Origin: Burkholderiales bacterium
Lineage (GTDB): Bacteria; Pseudomonadota; Gammaproteobacteria; Burkholderiales; JAEUOS01
Assembly (NCBI GenBank): GCA_016790695.1
Contig: JAEUOS010000145.1
Coordinates: 53,712 to 117,711 of the forward strand
Length of the DNA: 64,000 nt
Reading direction: 5' to 3'
Under the pieces are notes generated by a model. The model was not told where the DNA came from. It did not search any database and saw only the letters and a list, made by a program, of their open reading frames with translations. Of this stretch, positions 1-9,371 are shown piece by piece. How positions within the stretch are numbered: the stretch's first letter is position 1; each line of letters begins with the position of its first letter. The position numbers were made by a program, and so were the translations under genes.

Positions 1-401
1 TGCACCAGTGGCAGCGACGCCGCCGCGCGGGCGGCGCGCAGGGCCAGCAGATTGCGGGTGCGCGCCTGGAATTCCGCCGGATCGATCGGCTTGGCCAGGA
101 AGTCGGTGGCGCCGTTCTGGATCGCGCTCGCGGAAACCGAATGGAGGTCGCGCGGGAGCATCAGGACCAGCGGCACGTCAGCCAGTGTCGGCACGGCGCG
201 CAGGTGGCGGATCACCTCGAGGCCGTCGCTGGCGCGCATCAGGAAATCGACGTACACCAGGTCGGGCGTGTTGGTTTCGCACCAATCCAGTGCGCAGGCC
301 GGGTGCGCGAAACTGTGGACTTCCTCGATGCCGATCGCCGCGGCGAGCCGGGTCATGTCGGCAAGTTCATCGGCGTCGTCATTGATGATCGCAATAGCCA
401 T
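1..401 (-). CDS. Receiver-domain (REC) protein, atypical; 3' end runs off the window
   Basis: Manual translation from ATG at 401: MAIAIINDDADEL...PDLVYVDFLM...GATDFLAKPIDPAEFQARTRNLL. It is absent from the ORF track because there is no stop codon inside the window. Confidence 0.8.
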   Translation of the reverse strand, partial: MAIAIINDDADELADMTRLAAAIGIEEVHSFAHPACALDWCETNTPDLVYVDFLMRASDGLEVIRHLRAVPTLADVPLVLMLPRDLHSVSASAIQNGATDFLAKPIDPAEFQARTRNLLALRAARAAASLPLV

Positions 402-446
402 GGGGGCGGGACTTTCAGCGGTAGAGGCAGAACTACAACAATCCTC

Positions 447-473
447 CTATCGGCAGCCGGGCCGGAACCTTTA
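447..473 (-). promoter_or_regulatory. sigma28 (FliA)-type promoter
   Basis: The minus strand reads TAAA-N15-GCCGATAG (consensus TAAA-N15-GCCGATAA), 45 nt upstream of the REC start codon. Confidence 0.7.
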
Positions 474-623
474 GGGTGCGCCAGCGCCGATCTGCGCCGG
501 ATTTGCCCGGCTTCTCCGGCCGCGGATTCCGGGTTCATCAGCCTATGCTCCGGGTGTCATCGTGGGCATGGACCAGGAAGGGCGCGCGTCGCCGCCGGCT
601 GTGTCCGGGGAGGAGCAACACGC

Positions 624-2363
624 ATGTCCGCCGCAGCCCTGTCCGCCGCCAATCCAACCGAAATCGCGCGGGAAACCTTCCGCCAGCTCGCCACGCAGCG
701 CATCGCGCCGACGCCGGAGAACTATGCGCGCATCTACGCCCAGGTGTCGGGCGAACCGAGCGTGCATCCGGCGGCGGCTCTGGTCGAGCGCGCGCTGGCG
801 GCCGTGATCAAGGCGGCTGGCGCGCCGCAGGCGCCGGCCCAGGCGGCCCTGGCCGCGTTCCAGCGCCAGAAGTGGGAGGAGGTCGACGGCTGGCTGCAGA
901 AGGCTCTGCTCGCCCAATCCGGAGAGCCGCAGCCGTGGCACGACCTGGTGCGCGACCTGCTGCGCCAGTGGGAACTGCGCCACGACGGCCTGCCGCAGGG
1001 GCGCAAGCGCGAATCCCTCGACCATGTGCTCGACAATTCCCGCGCCGACCCGCGCAAGCTGTTCGTGCGCCTGAGCGCGCTCGTGAGGTCGTGGAGCGAG
1101 GCTCCGATCGCGCGCGCCGACGCCAATCCGCTGCCGAGCATCGCCCGCGGCGCGGGCGAGGCCGAGCGCGCCGATGCGCTGCGCGAACTGCTGGCTCAGA
1201 CGCTGGAATTCGCGGTCACCGATCGCCTCGGCTACACGCCGGAACTCGCGGCCGACGCCGCCCGGCTCGCACTCCTGACGCGGCAGGCGGCCGATCCGCG
1301 CGATCTGAACAAGCTCGGCCAGGCCCTCAAGGCATTCTGGCTCAAGCTCGAACTGCGCGGCGAGAGCGTCGACGGGCTCATGCGCGGGCTGGTCACCCTG
1401 ATCAAGCTCCTCACCACCAATGTCGGCGCCCTGTCGGGCGATCCCTGGCTCACCAGCCAGATGGCGCGCGCCGAGGCCCTGCTCAAGGAGCCGCTCGACG
1501 CGCGTGCGCTGCGCGAGGCCGAGCGCGGCTTCCGCGAGGTCGCGTTTCGCCAGGCCAGCCTGAAGAACGACCTCGATGAGGCCAAGACGGCGCTCAAGAC
1601 GATGGTCACGCTGTTCATCGACAGGCTCGACGAACTCACCGAATCGACCGGCGACTACCACGACAAGTTCAGCCAGTATGCGGGCCAGATCGAGGCGGCT
1701 GACAGCATCGCGGCGCTGTCCGGGCTGATCCAGTCGCTGCTCGCCGACACGCGCGGCGCCCAGGTCGCGATGCGGCGCTCGCGCGACGAGCTGCGCCAGG
1801 CGCGGGAAACGGCCCGGACCCAGGAGGAGCGGGTGCGCCAGCTCGAGACGGAACTCGCCGAGGTCGGCTCGCTGGTCAAGGAGGACCAGCTCACCAGCGT
1901 GCTCAACCGGCGCGGGCTCGAGGAGGCGTTCGAGGTGGAGGCGTCCCGCGTGCGCCGCGCCGGCACGCCGCTGGTGGTCGCGCTGCTGGACGTCGACAAC
2001 TTCAAGCGCCTGAACGACCAGCTCGGACACCTCGCGGGCGACAGCGCGCTCAAGCACCTTGCGGGGATCCTGCGCGATGCGATCCGGCCGTCCGACGTGG
2101 TCGGGCGATACGGCGGGGAGGAGTTCGTTCTCTATCTGCCCGACACCGGGCTGGAAGAAGCGGCGGAGGTGATGCGGCGCGTGCAGCGCACGCTGACGCG
2201 GCGCTTCTTCCTGCACCAGAACGAGAAGGTCCTGATCACGTTCTCGGCCGGCGTGGCCCTGCTCGGCGACGGCGAGACCCGCGACGCGGTGATCGCGCGC
2301 GCCGATGCCGCGATGTACAAGGCCAAGCAGACCGGCAAGAACCGGGTTTGCGTGGCCGATTAA
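624..2363 (+). CDS. Soluble diguanylate cyclase (GGDEF)
   Basis: AGGAG RBS at 611, N-terminal PTPENY motif, long coiled coils, DQLT...NRR, DVDNFK, RPSD I-site and GGEEF active site. Confidence 0.92.
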   Translation: MSAAALSAANPTEIARETFRQLATQRIAPTPENYARIYAQVSGEPSVHPAAALVERALAAVIKAAGAPQAPAQAALAAFQRQKWEEVDGWLQKALLAQSGEPQPWHDLVRDLLRQWELRHDGLPQGRKRESLDHVLDNSRADPRKLFVRLSALVRSWSEAPIARADANPLPSIARGAGEAERADALRELLAQTLEFAVTDRLGYTPELAADAARLALLTRQAADPRDLNKLGQALKAFWLKLELRGESVDGLMRGLVTLIKLLTTNVGALSGDPWLTSQMARAEALLKEPLDARALREAERGFREVAFRQASLKNDLDEAKTALKTMVTLFIDRLDELTESTGDYHDKFSQYAGQIEAADSIAALSGLIQSLLADTRGAQVAMRRSRDELRQARETARTQEERVRQLETELAEVGSLVKEDQLTSVLNRRGLEEAFEVEASRVRRAGTPLVVALLDVDNFKRLNDQLGHLAGDSALKHLAGILRDAIRPSDVVGRYGGEEFVLYLPDTGLEEAAEVMRRVQRTLTRRFFLHQNEKVLITFSAGVALLGDGETRDAVIARADAAMYKAKQTGKNRVCVAD

Positions 2364-2378
2364 CGCGGAGCGAACCGG

Positions 2379-5366
2379 ATGCCGGCGGAACGCGTCCCGG
2401 AGGGCACGCGCCGCGCCCCGTGGCGGGCGTGGCTCCTGCCGCTCCTCGCCCTCGGCATGGGCTGCGTGTTCACCGCGTACCTCTGGAACGAGCTGCGCGT
2501 GCGCAATCACGAGCGCGCCGCCGAGCGCTTCAAGACCGACGTGCGCGCGCTGGCCGAGCAGATCGAGGCGCGCGCCCACCTCGCCGCCGCGCTCCTGGCC
2601 GCGGGGGCCGGGCTGCACGAGGCGTCGGACGAGGTCACCGACGGGGAGTGGCGTTCGTTCGTCGCCTCGCTTCGGCTCACCGAGACCCACCCTGGCGTCA
2701 CCGGCTATGGTCATGTGGCGCCGCAGGGCACCGGCGGCCTGGCGGTGCGTATCGAACCCGGCGACGCGGCCGTGCGGACGTCCCTCGCCGGCGCGCTGCG
2801 GTCCGATCCCGGGCTGCGGGAGGCGATGCTGCGCGCGACGCGCGTGGACGCACCCCATCTGAGCGCGCCGATCGCGCCGGCGACGGCCGGTGGTGCCGAT
2901 GCGCTCTTCTTCATGCCACTCTATCAGCGGCAGTTGCCGCATCACACACCGCAGAAGCGCGAGCACGCCGCCTCGGGCCATGTGTTCCTGATGATCGATG
3001 CCGGGCAACTGGTCGGTGCGGTGCTGGCAGGGCGGGAACCGGGTTTCAGCTACACACTCGACGACGCAGGCGGCATACGGGAACCGTCGCGCGTACTGTT
3101 GCAGCACGGCCAGGATGGGCATCCGGGATCGCGCGCCGGCCTTGCCGTGCACGAACAGACGGTCGCGATCCCGATGTACGGGCGGGTCTGGCGCCTCCAC
3201 GCGCGCGCCGCGCCGGATTACGGGCTGGCGAGCCCGGTATCGCAGGAGGTGCTGCCCGTCGGCGCCGGGCTGGCGACGAGCCTGCTGCTCGCCCTGGTGG
3301 TCTATCTGTCGCAGCGCACGCGCTGGCGTGCCGAAGCGCTCGCCGATCGCATGACCCGCGACCGGGACGCGAGCCGGCGCCGGTTCGAACGGATCGTCGC
3401 CGGTACCACCGACGGCGCCTGGGAGCTCCAGGTCGAGAGCGGTGAATGCTATCTGTCGCCGCGGTTTCAGGAGCTTCTGGGCGTGACGATCGATGCTGCT
3501 TCGGTCGACGCGAAGTGGTTTCGTGCGCGCCTCCACCCCGACGAGCGCGCAGCCGTCACCGCCGCCTTTCGCGCCATGCTTGGCGGCGCCGCGGGCATGG
3601 ACTGCCGGGTGCGCATGCGTCTGGGCAGCGGCGGCTTTCGCTGGTTCCGGATCCGCGGTCGGCTGTTCCACGAGGATGGCCTGCGGTTCGCCGCGGGGTC
3701 GGTCGCCGATGTCCACGACGAGCACGAGGCCGGACTGCGCGAGCGACGCCTGCTGAAGGTCATCGAAACCATCCCCGACATGTACATCACCTTCGATGCC
3801 GCCGGGCGCCCGACCTACATGAACGCCGCCGCCCGGCGCGTCCTGGGCAGTGCGGCGGCGGGGGCACTCGCGGGCCGGGCGGCCGCCGGAGGCGGCGACT
3901 GGCGGCACGGCGCGCCGCCGGCAGCGCCGGGCGAGGCCTGGTCGGGGGAGACCGCACTCCTCACCGCCAGCGGCGAGGTCCTGCCGGTCTCGCAGGTGAT
4001 CCTCAGCCATCGCGACGCCGGCGGCGGGGTCGAGTTCTATTCGACGGTCGTGCATGACATCAGCGAACGCAAGGCGGCGATGGAGGCCCTCGCCAGGGCG
4101 CAGGCGCGCCTGCAGCGCGCGCTCGACGGCTCCAGTGACGGCATCTGGGAGCGCGATGTCGCCAGCGACAGCTTCTTCACCTCCGACCGGCTGGCCGAGA
4201 TTCTCGGGTATCGGCCGGCGGACATGCCGCGCACGCGCGCCGCCTGGCGTGCCCTCAATCATCCGGACGACATCGCGGTGAGCGACGCCGCAGTCGCACA
4301 ACTGCTGGCGTCGAACGAGACGGTGCAATGGGAGACCCGGATGCGCACCGGTTCCGGGCTCTATCGCTGGATGCGCAGGCGCGGCCGCGCCGTGCGGGAC
4401 GCGACCGGGCGTGCGGTGACCACGGCCGGGACCCTGACCGACATCCACGACGCGCGCTTGGCCCAGGACGAGTTGCGCGTGCACCGCGACAACCTCGCGC
4501 GCCTGGTCGACGAGCGCACCGCGGGCCTGTTGCAGGCGCGCCGCGACGCCGACCTCCAGCGCGACCGCGCCGAGGCCGCGCGCCGCCTTGCCGAGCGCGC
4601 CAACCATGCGAAGAGCGAGTTCCTCGCGAACATGTCGCATGAACTGCGCACGCCGATGCACGCGATCATCAGCTTCGCGGGCTTCGGTGTCGAGCGTGTC
4701 GACCGCGTCGAGCGGGACCGGCTCGCGCATTACTTCCGGAACATCCAGAAGAGCGGCGCGCGCCTGCTCGACCTGCTCAACGACCTGCTCGATCTGTCCA
4801 AGCTCGAGGCAGGCAAGATGACGATGTCGCTTGCGCCGGTCGATCTGCCGGAGCTGCTGGCCGAGAGCATCGGCGAGGCGGAGGCGTTCGCGCAGTCGCG
4901 CCGCGTGCGCATCCGGCTTGCGCCGGGCGGCGCGGCGGGGCGGCCGCGGTGGGATGCGAAACGCCTGCTGCAGGTGCTCGGGAACCTGCTCTCCAACGCG
5001 ATCAAGTTCAGCCCGCCGGAGGGCGAGGTGGTCGTCGCCGTGCGGCCGCTCGCGTTCGCGGACACGGGAACGACTGCGGCTGCGGGGATCGAGATCCGCG
5101 TGCGCGACCAGGGAATCGGCATCCCGGAGAACGAGCTCGAGGCCGTGTTCGACAAGTTCGCCCAGTCGTCGAAGACGAACAACGGCGCGGGCGGCACCGG
5201 GCTCGGCCTGGCGATCTGCCGCGAGATCGTCCAGGCGCACGGCGGCACGATCCGTGCCGAGAACAATTCCGCGGGCGGCGCGTGCCTGGTGGTCCACCTT
5301 CCCGTGGTTCCGGCGGCGGCCGTCCGGGACGCCGACGCCGATTCGCCCGTGGCGGCCGACGCATGA
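2379..5366 (+). CDS. Membrane sensor histidine kinase (CHASE-like, 3 PAS, HisKA, HATPase)
   Basis: Two TM segments, PAS/PAC motifs (LHPDE, NHPDD), H-box SHELRTPMH, N-box NLLSNAIKF, DQGIG and GTGLGL. Confidence 0.9.
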   Translation: MPAERVPEGTRRAPWRAWLLPLLALGMGCVFTAYLWNELRVRNHERAAERFKTDVRALAEQIEARAHLAAALLAAGAGLHEASDEVTDGEWRSFVASLRLTETHPGVTGYGHVAPQGTGGLAVRIEPGDAAVRTSLAGALRSDPGLREAMLRATRVDAPHLSAPIAPATAGGADALFFMPLYQRQLPHHTPQKREHAASGHVFLMIDAGQLVGAVLAGREPGFSYTLDDAGGIREPSRVLLQHGQDGHPGSRAGLAVHEQTVAIPMYGRVWRLHARAAPDYGLASPVSQEVLPVGAGLATSLLLALVVYLSQRTRWRAEALADRMTRDRDASRRRFERIVAGTTDGAWELQVESGECYLSPRFQELLGVTIDAASVDAKWFRARLHPDERAAVTAAFRAMLGGAAGMDCRVRMRLGSGGFRWFRIRGRLFHEDGLRFAAGSVADVHDEHEAGLRERRLLKVIETIPDMYITFDAAGRPTYMNAAARRVLGSAAAGALAGRAAAGGGDWRHGAPPAAPGEAWSGETALLTASGEVLPVSQVILSHRDAGGGVEFYSTVVHDISERKAAMEALARAQARLQRALDGSSDGIWERDVASDSFFTSDRLAEILGYRPADMPRTRAAWRALNHPDDIAVSDAAVAQLLASNETVQWETRMRTGSGLYRWMRRRGRAVRDATGRAVTTAGTLTDIHDARLAQDELRVHRDNLARLVDERTAGLLQARRDADLQRDRAEAARRLAERANHAKSEFLANMSHELRTPMHAIISFAGFGVERVDRVERDRLAHYFRNIQKSGARLLDLLNDLLDLSKLEAGKMTMSLAPVDLPELLAESIGEAEAFAQSRRVRIRLAPGGAAGRPRWDAKRLLQVLGNLLSNAIKFSPPEGEVVVAVRPLAFADTGTTAAAGIEIRVRDQGIGIPENELEAVFDKFAQSSKTNNGAGGTGLGLAICREIVQAHGGTIRAENNSAGGACLVVHLPVVPAAAVRDADADSPVAADA

Positions 5367-8300
5367 TCGCGATCGATTCCGGTACACCTCGGGCTCCGGC
5401 GCGGCCGGCGGCCTCGCTCAAGAGCCGGATGTCGGCCTGGGCGGCCACCCTGGTCGCGCTCGCGCTCGTCATCGCCGGGGGACTGTTCGAGGCCCAGCAT
5501 GTTGCGGCCCTGCGCGCGGCCCAGGAGATGCGCCAGGAGCAGCTTGCCGCGACGCTGGCGGCCGAGCTTGCGGGCCGGTTTCGATTCCAGAGGGGGCAAC
5601 TCGAACGTTTCGCCGGCAGTCTGAGCGCCGGCGACCTCGATGCGTCGGATCAGTTGCGCGCGCGATTGGCATCGCTGGCGCGGTACAACGGCGAGATCGA
5701 GGAGTTCTGGGTGGTCGACGCCGGGGGGATTGTCACGGCCGATCATCCGCGGCGTCCCGGTCGCGCCGGCACCAGCGTGGCCGATCGCGAGTACTACCGG
5801 CGCTTTCGCGCGAACGGCGGGTTCACCGTCTCCGAGCCCAGCGTCGGCCGCTTCAGCGGGGAGCCGCGCGTGATCCTGCTCGTGCCGCTGCTCGACCCGC
5901 GATCGCGCACCGTCGGCGCGCTGGCCGGCGTGGTGAAGCTGGATTCGACACGGCTGATCGGCGGCCTGTCGCGCCCGGCTGCCGACGGTGCCGGCTACAC
6001 CGGCGTGCTGTCGCGCGACGGGCTGCTGCTGTCGCATTCACGGTCGGCGAGTCCGCTCGCCGATGCCGGCGCCACCGAAGGCGCGGCCCTGTTGCTTGCG
6101 CACCGGCAGGCCGTGCGCACCCGGGCGCTGGCCATGCAGGAGGGCTGGAACGCGGCCGGCATCCGCGTGATCTACACCGTGCGCCCGGTGCCGGACGTCG
6201 ACTGGACCATCTTCGCCGCACAGCCACTGGACGAATTGCAGGCGCAACTGCGGCGCCAGGTGCTCGCGCTGGCCCTGGTCCTGGTGCTGCTGACCCTGGG
6301 CGGCGGTCTCGCGGCCTGGTGGATGATGTCGCGCCTGCTCGCGCCGCTCGCCGCGCTCGAGCGGGCGGTGCGCGAGCGCGCCGCCGACCCGGGCGCCTCG
6401 TCGCCGCTGCCGGTCGGCCGCCGCGACGAGATCGGACGGTTGGCGGAGACCTTCAACGGGCTCCTGCGCGCGCGTGACGAGGCGCGGGCGGCCAGCGACG
6501 CGGCGCACGCGCAGATCGAGTCCGCGGGGCGGATGCTCGCCATCCTGTACGAGCGGTCGCCGCTCGGGATGGCGCTGGTGGAGGCGGACGGCCGGATCGC
6601 CCGCTGCAATCCCGCCTATCTGCGCATCGTCGGCTACGAGGCCGAGGAGCTCGCGGCGCTGACCGAGTCCGGCCTGACGGCGCGTGGCCACGAAGCGGTC
6701 GAGGCGGAAGCGCGGCGCAGCCTGGATGCACATGGCGCCGCCGCGGCATACGAGAAGGAATACATCGCCCGCAACGGCGTCTGCGTCCCGGTGCGGGTCT
6801 CGGCGTTTGCCGCCGGTGATGGCAGCGGCGGGCGCACCTGGCTATTGTGCGAGGACATCACGGCGCGGCGCCAGGCCCTGCTGGCGCTGCGCGAGAGCGA
6901 GCGCGAGGCGCGCATGCTGGCCGCCGCCGCCAGCCACAACGCCCACATGGTGGTGATCGCCGACACCGCGTGCCGGATCGAGTGGGTCAACGCCGGTTTC
7001 ACGCGCGTCACCGGCTACAGCCTCGCGGACGTCAAGGGACGCGTCGCCGGGCGCGTGCTGCAGGGGCCCGAGACGGATCCCGCGACGGTGGCGATCATGC
7101 GCGAGGCGATCGCCGCGCGCCGTCGCTTCACCGCGTCGCTCGTGAACTACGCGAAGGACGGGCGGCGCTACTGGGTGAGCATCGACTGCACGCCGGTATT
7201 CGATCACCAGGGCGGGCTGGAGCGCTTCGTCGCCGTCGAGCGCGACATCACCGCCGAGCGCCAGGCCGCACAGGCGCTGATGGAGAGCGAGTCCAAGCAC
7301 CGGGGCATCTTCGAGACGGCGCGCGAGGCGATCTGGCAGATCGACGCCGCAGGCAGGATCATGCTGCTCAACCCGGCCTGGGAGCGCCTCACCGGGCACG
7401 CGGTGATCGACAGCGTCGGGCGCCCGTTTGTCGAGTTCCTGGTCGCCGCGCAGCGCGCGAGTGCGAGCGCCGCGCTGGACGCGCTCAACAACGGCAGCAT
7501 TGAGCAGATCGACGAGCAGTGCAGCATCGTCACGCGCGATGGCAGCGCGCGCTGGTTCGAGATCCGCGGCCGCGGCTTCACCGGGGCCGACGGCGCCAGG
7601 CAATGCGTCGGCACGCTGCACGACGTGCATGAACGACGGCAGGCCGAGGCGTCGCGCCGGCGCGCCGAGGAGGCGCTGCGCCAGTCGCAGGAGCGCTACG
7701 CGCGCGCGATCGAGGCGGCCAGCGACGTGATCTGGGAGCGGGATTTCGGCACCGGAAAGTCGTTCGTCTCCGATCGCATCATCGAGACCTTGCGCATGCC
7801 GGCTGACGCGGCCGCGCGCGCGCGTTTCGACCTGTTCGATCGTGTCCATCCCGACGATCGGGCGATGCACGACCGCTGCATCGAGGCGATGCGGCAGGGC
7901 GACGACACGATCACGTGGGAGGCCCGCTTCGCCACGGGCGACGGCAGCTACCGCTGGCTGCGGCTGCGCGGTCGCGCCGTGCGCGACGAGGCCGGCGCCG
8001 TGCGCATCGCCTCGGGTACCGCATCCGACGTGCATGCGGGGCGCGTGGCCGCCGAGGAGCTGCGTGCGATGCAGGTGCGCTACCAGCGTGCGATGGACGG
8101 ATCGAACGACGGGGTGTGGGAGCGCGATGTCGCCTCCGACCAGTTCTTCCTCTCGGACCGCTTCGACGAACTCCTCGGCTTCGCGCCGGGCGCGATGCCG
8201 CGCCAGCGCGACGCGTGGATGAAGCTCGTCCACCCGGACGACCGATGCCTGCACGACGCCGGTGTGGCGCGCATGCTCGCGTCCCCGGATGCGATCACCT

Positions 8301-9355
8301 GGGAGGTGCGGATGCGCACGGCGAGGGGCGAGTACCGATGGCTGCGCTTCCGCGGCATCGCCACCCGCGACGCCGGCGGCAGGGCGATCGTCACCTCGGG
8401 CACGGCGTCGGACGTGCATGCGGCCCGTCTCGCCGACGAGGAACTGAAGCGGCATCGCGACAACCTGGCCCAGCTCGTCGAGGAGCGCACCGCCGGGCTC
8501 GAGCTCGCCACGCGCGACGCCGAGCGCCAGCGCGAGGCGGCCGAGAAGGCGCGGGCGCAGGCGGACATCGCGCGCCAGCAGGCGGTGCGCGCGAGCCTCG
8601 CGAAGAGCGAGTTCCTTGCCAACATGTCGCACGAGCTGCGCACGCCGATGCACGCGATCATCAGCTTCGCCAACTTCGGCGTGGAGAAGGCGGACCGCGT
8701 CGGCATCGAAAAGGTCCAGCAGTACTTCCAGAACATCCAGAAGAGCAGCGCGCGCCTGCTCAAGCTCCTCAACGACCTGCTGGACCTCTCGAAGCTCGAG
8801 GCCGGCAAGATGCAGCTGCACCGGCAGGTGACCGATGTCGCCGCCCTGATCGATGACGCCATCGCCGAGTGCGACACGCTGGCGCGCACCAAGGACGTCC
8901 GGCTGGCCGCCGCCGTGTCCGGCGCCGTCAGCGCGCGCATCGACGCGCTGCGCGTCAGCCAGGTCCTGCGCAACCTGCTGTCGAACGCGATCAAGTTCTG
9001 CAACGCGGGCGGCGAGGTGCGTCTCGAGTGCGCGATCGTCGCCGCGCGCGGCGGCGAACCGGCGGGAGACGTGCTCGAGATCCGCGTGTCGGACAGCGGC
9101 ATCGGCATCCCCGAGGACGAGATGGAGACGGTGTTCGACAAGTTCGTGCAGTCGTCGAAGACGCGCTCCGGCGCCGGCGGAACCGGGCTCGGGCTGGCGA
9201 TCTGCCGCGAAATCGCCGTCGCGCACGGCGGCACCATCCGCGCGGTCAGCCCGCCGCCGCCGGCAACCGGCGCGGTCCTCGTGCTGCGCCTGCCGGCGAA
9301 CGCGCCGCCCGCGCTCCGCAAGCATCCCCTGCATTCCACCGAAACCGTGACCTGA
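5363..9355 (+). CDS. Membrane sensor histidine kinase (Cache, HAMP, about 5 PAS, HisKA, HATPase)
   Basis: ATGA overlap with the upstream kinase, Cache motif SVADREYY, HAMP DEIGRLAETFN, several PAS domains, SHELRTPMH, NLLSNAIKF and GTGLGL. Confidence 0.9.
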   Translation: MIAIDSGTPRAPARPAASLKSRMSAWAATLVALALVIAGGLFEAQHVAALRAAQEMRQEQLAATLAAELAGRFRFQRGQLERFAGSLSAGDLDASDQLRARLASLARYNGEIEEFWVVDAGGIVTADHPRRPGRAGTSVADREYYRRFRANGGFTVSEPSVGRFSGEPRVILLVPLLDPRSRTVGALAGVVKLDSTRLIGGLSRPAADGAGYTGVLSRDGLLLSHSRSASPLADAGATEGAALLLAHRQAVRTRALAMQEGWNAAGIRVIYTVRPVPDVDWTIFAAQPLDELQAQLRRQVLALALVLVLLTLGGGLAAWWMMSRLLAPLAALERAVRERAADPGASSPLPVGRRDEIGRLAETFNGLLRARDEARAASDAAHAQIESAGRMLAILYERSPLGMALVEADGRIARCNPAYLRIVGYEAEELAALTESGLTARGHEAVEAEARRSLDAHGAAAAYEKEYIARNGVCVPVRVSAFAAGDGSGGRTWLLCEDITARRQALLALRESEREARMLAAAASHNAHMVVIADTACRIEWVNAGFTRVTGYSLADVKGRVAGRVLQGPETDPATVAIMREAIAARRRFTASLVNYAKDGRRYWVSIDCTPVFDHQGGLERFVAVERDITAERQAAQALMESESKHRGIFETAREAIWQIDAAGRIMLLNPAWERLTGHAVIDSVGRPFVEFLVAAQRASASAALDALNNGSIEQIDEQCSIVTRDGSARWFEIRGRGFTGADGARQCVGTLHDVHERRQAEASRRRAEEALRQSQERYARAIEAASDVIWERDFGTGKSFVSDRIIETLRMPADAAARARFDLFDRVHPDDRAMHDRCIEAMRQGDDTITWEARFATGDGSYRWLRLRGRAVRDEAGAVRIASGTASDVHAGRVAAEELRAMQVRYQRAMDGSNDGVWERDVASDQFFLSDRFDELLGFAPGAMPRQRDAWMKLVHPDDRCLHDAGVARMLASPDAITWEVRMRTARGEYRWLRFRGIATRDAGGRAIVTSGTASDVHAARLADEELKRHRDNLAQLVEERTAGLELATRDAERQREAAEKARAQADIARQQAVRASLAKSEFLANMSHELRTPMHAIISFANFGVEKADRVGIEKVQQYFQNIQKSSARLLKLLNDLLDLSKLEAGKMQLHRQVTDVAALIDDAIAECDTLARTKDVRLAAAVSGAVSARIDALRVSQVLRNLLSNAIKFCNAGGEVRLECAIVAARGGEPAGDVLEIRVSDSGIGIPEDEMETVFDKFVQSSKTRSGAGGTGLGLAICREIAVAHGGTIRAVSPPPPATGAVLVLRLPANAPPALRKHPLHSTETVT

Positions 9356-9371
9356 CCCCTGGGAGAACGCC

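Noticed and set aside
141-623. N-terminal extension of the GGDEF ORF, and similar over-long starts for HK2, cheB, prmB, lysC and the SDR
   Set aside because: The extensions overlap other real genes. RBS position, ATGA coupling and domain starts support the downstream start codons.
543-5387. 1614-aa antisense ORF, and similar ones at 6842-9679, 20759-24220 and 26816-31420
   Set aside because: These are shadow ORFs opposite well-supported genes. They are expected from high-GC codon bias and contain no domain motifs.
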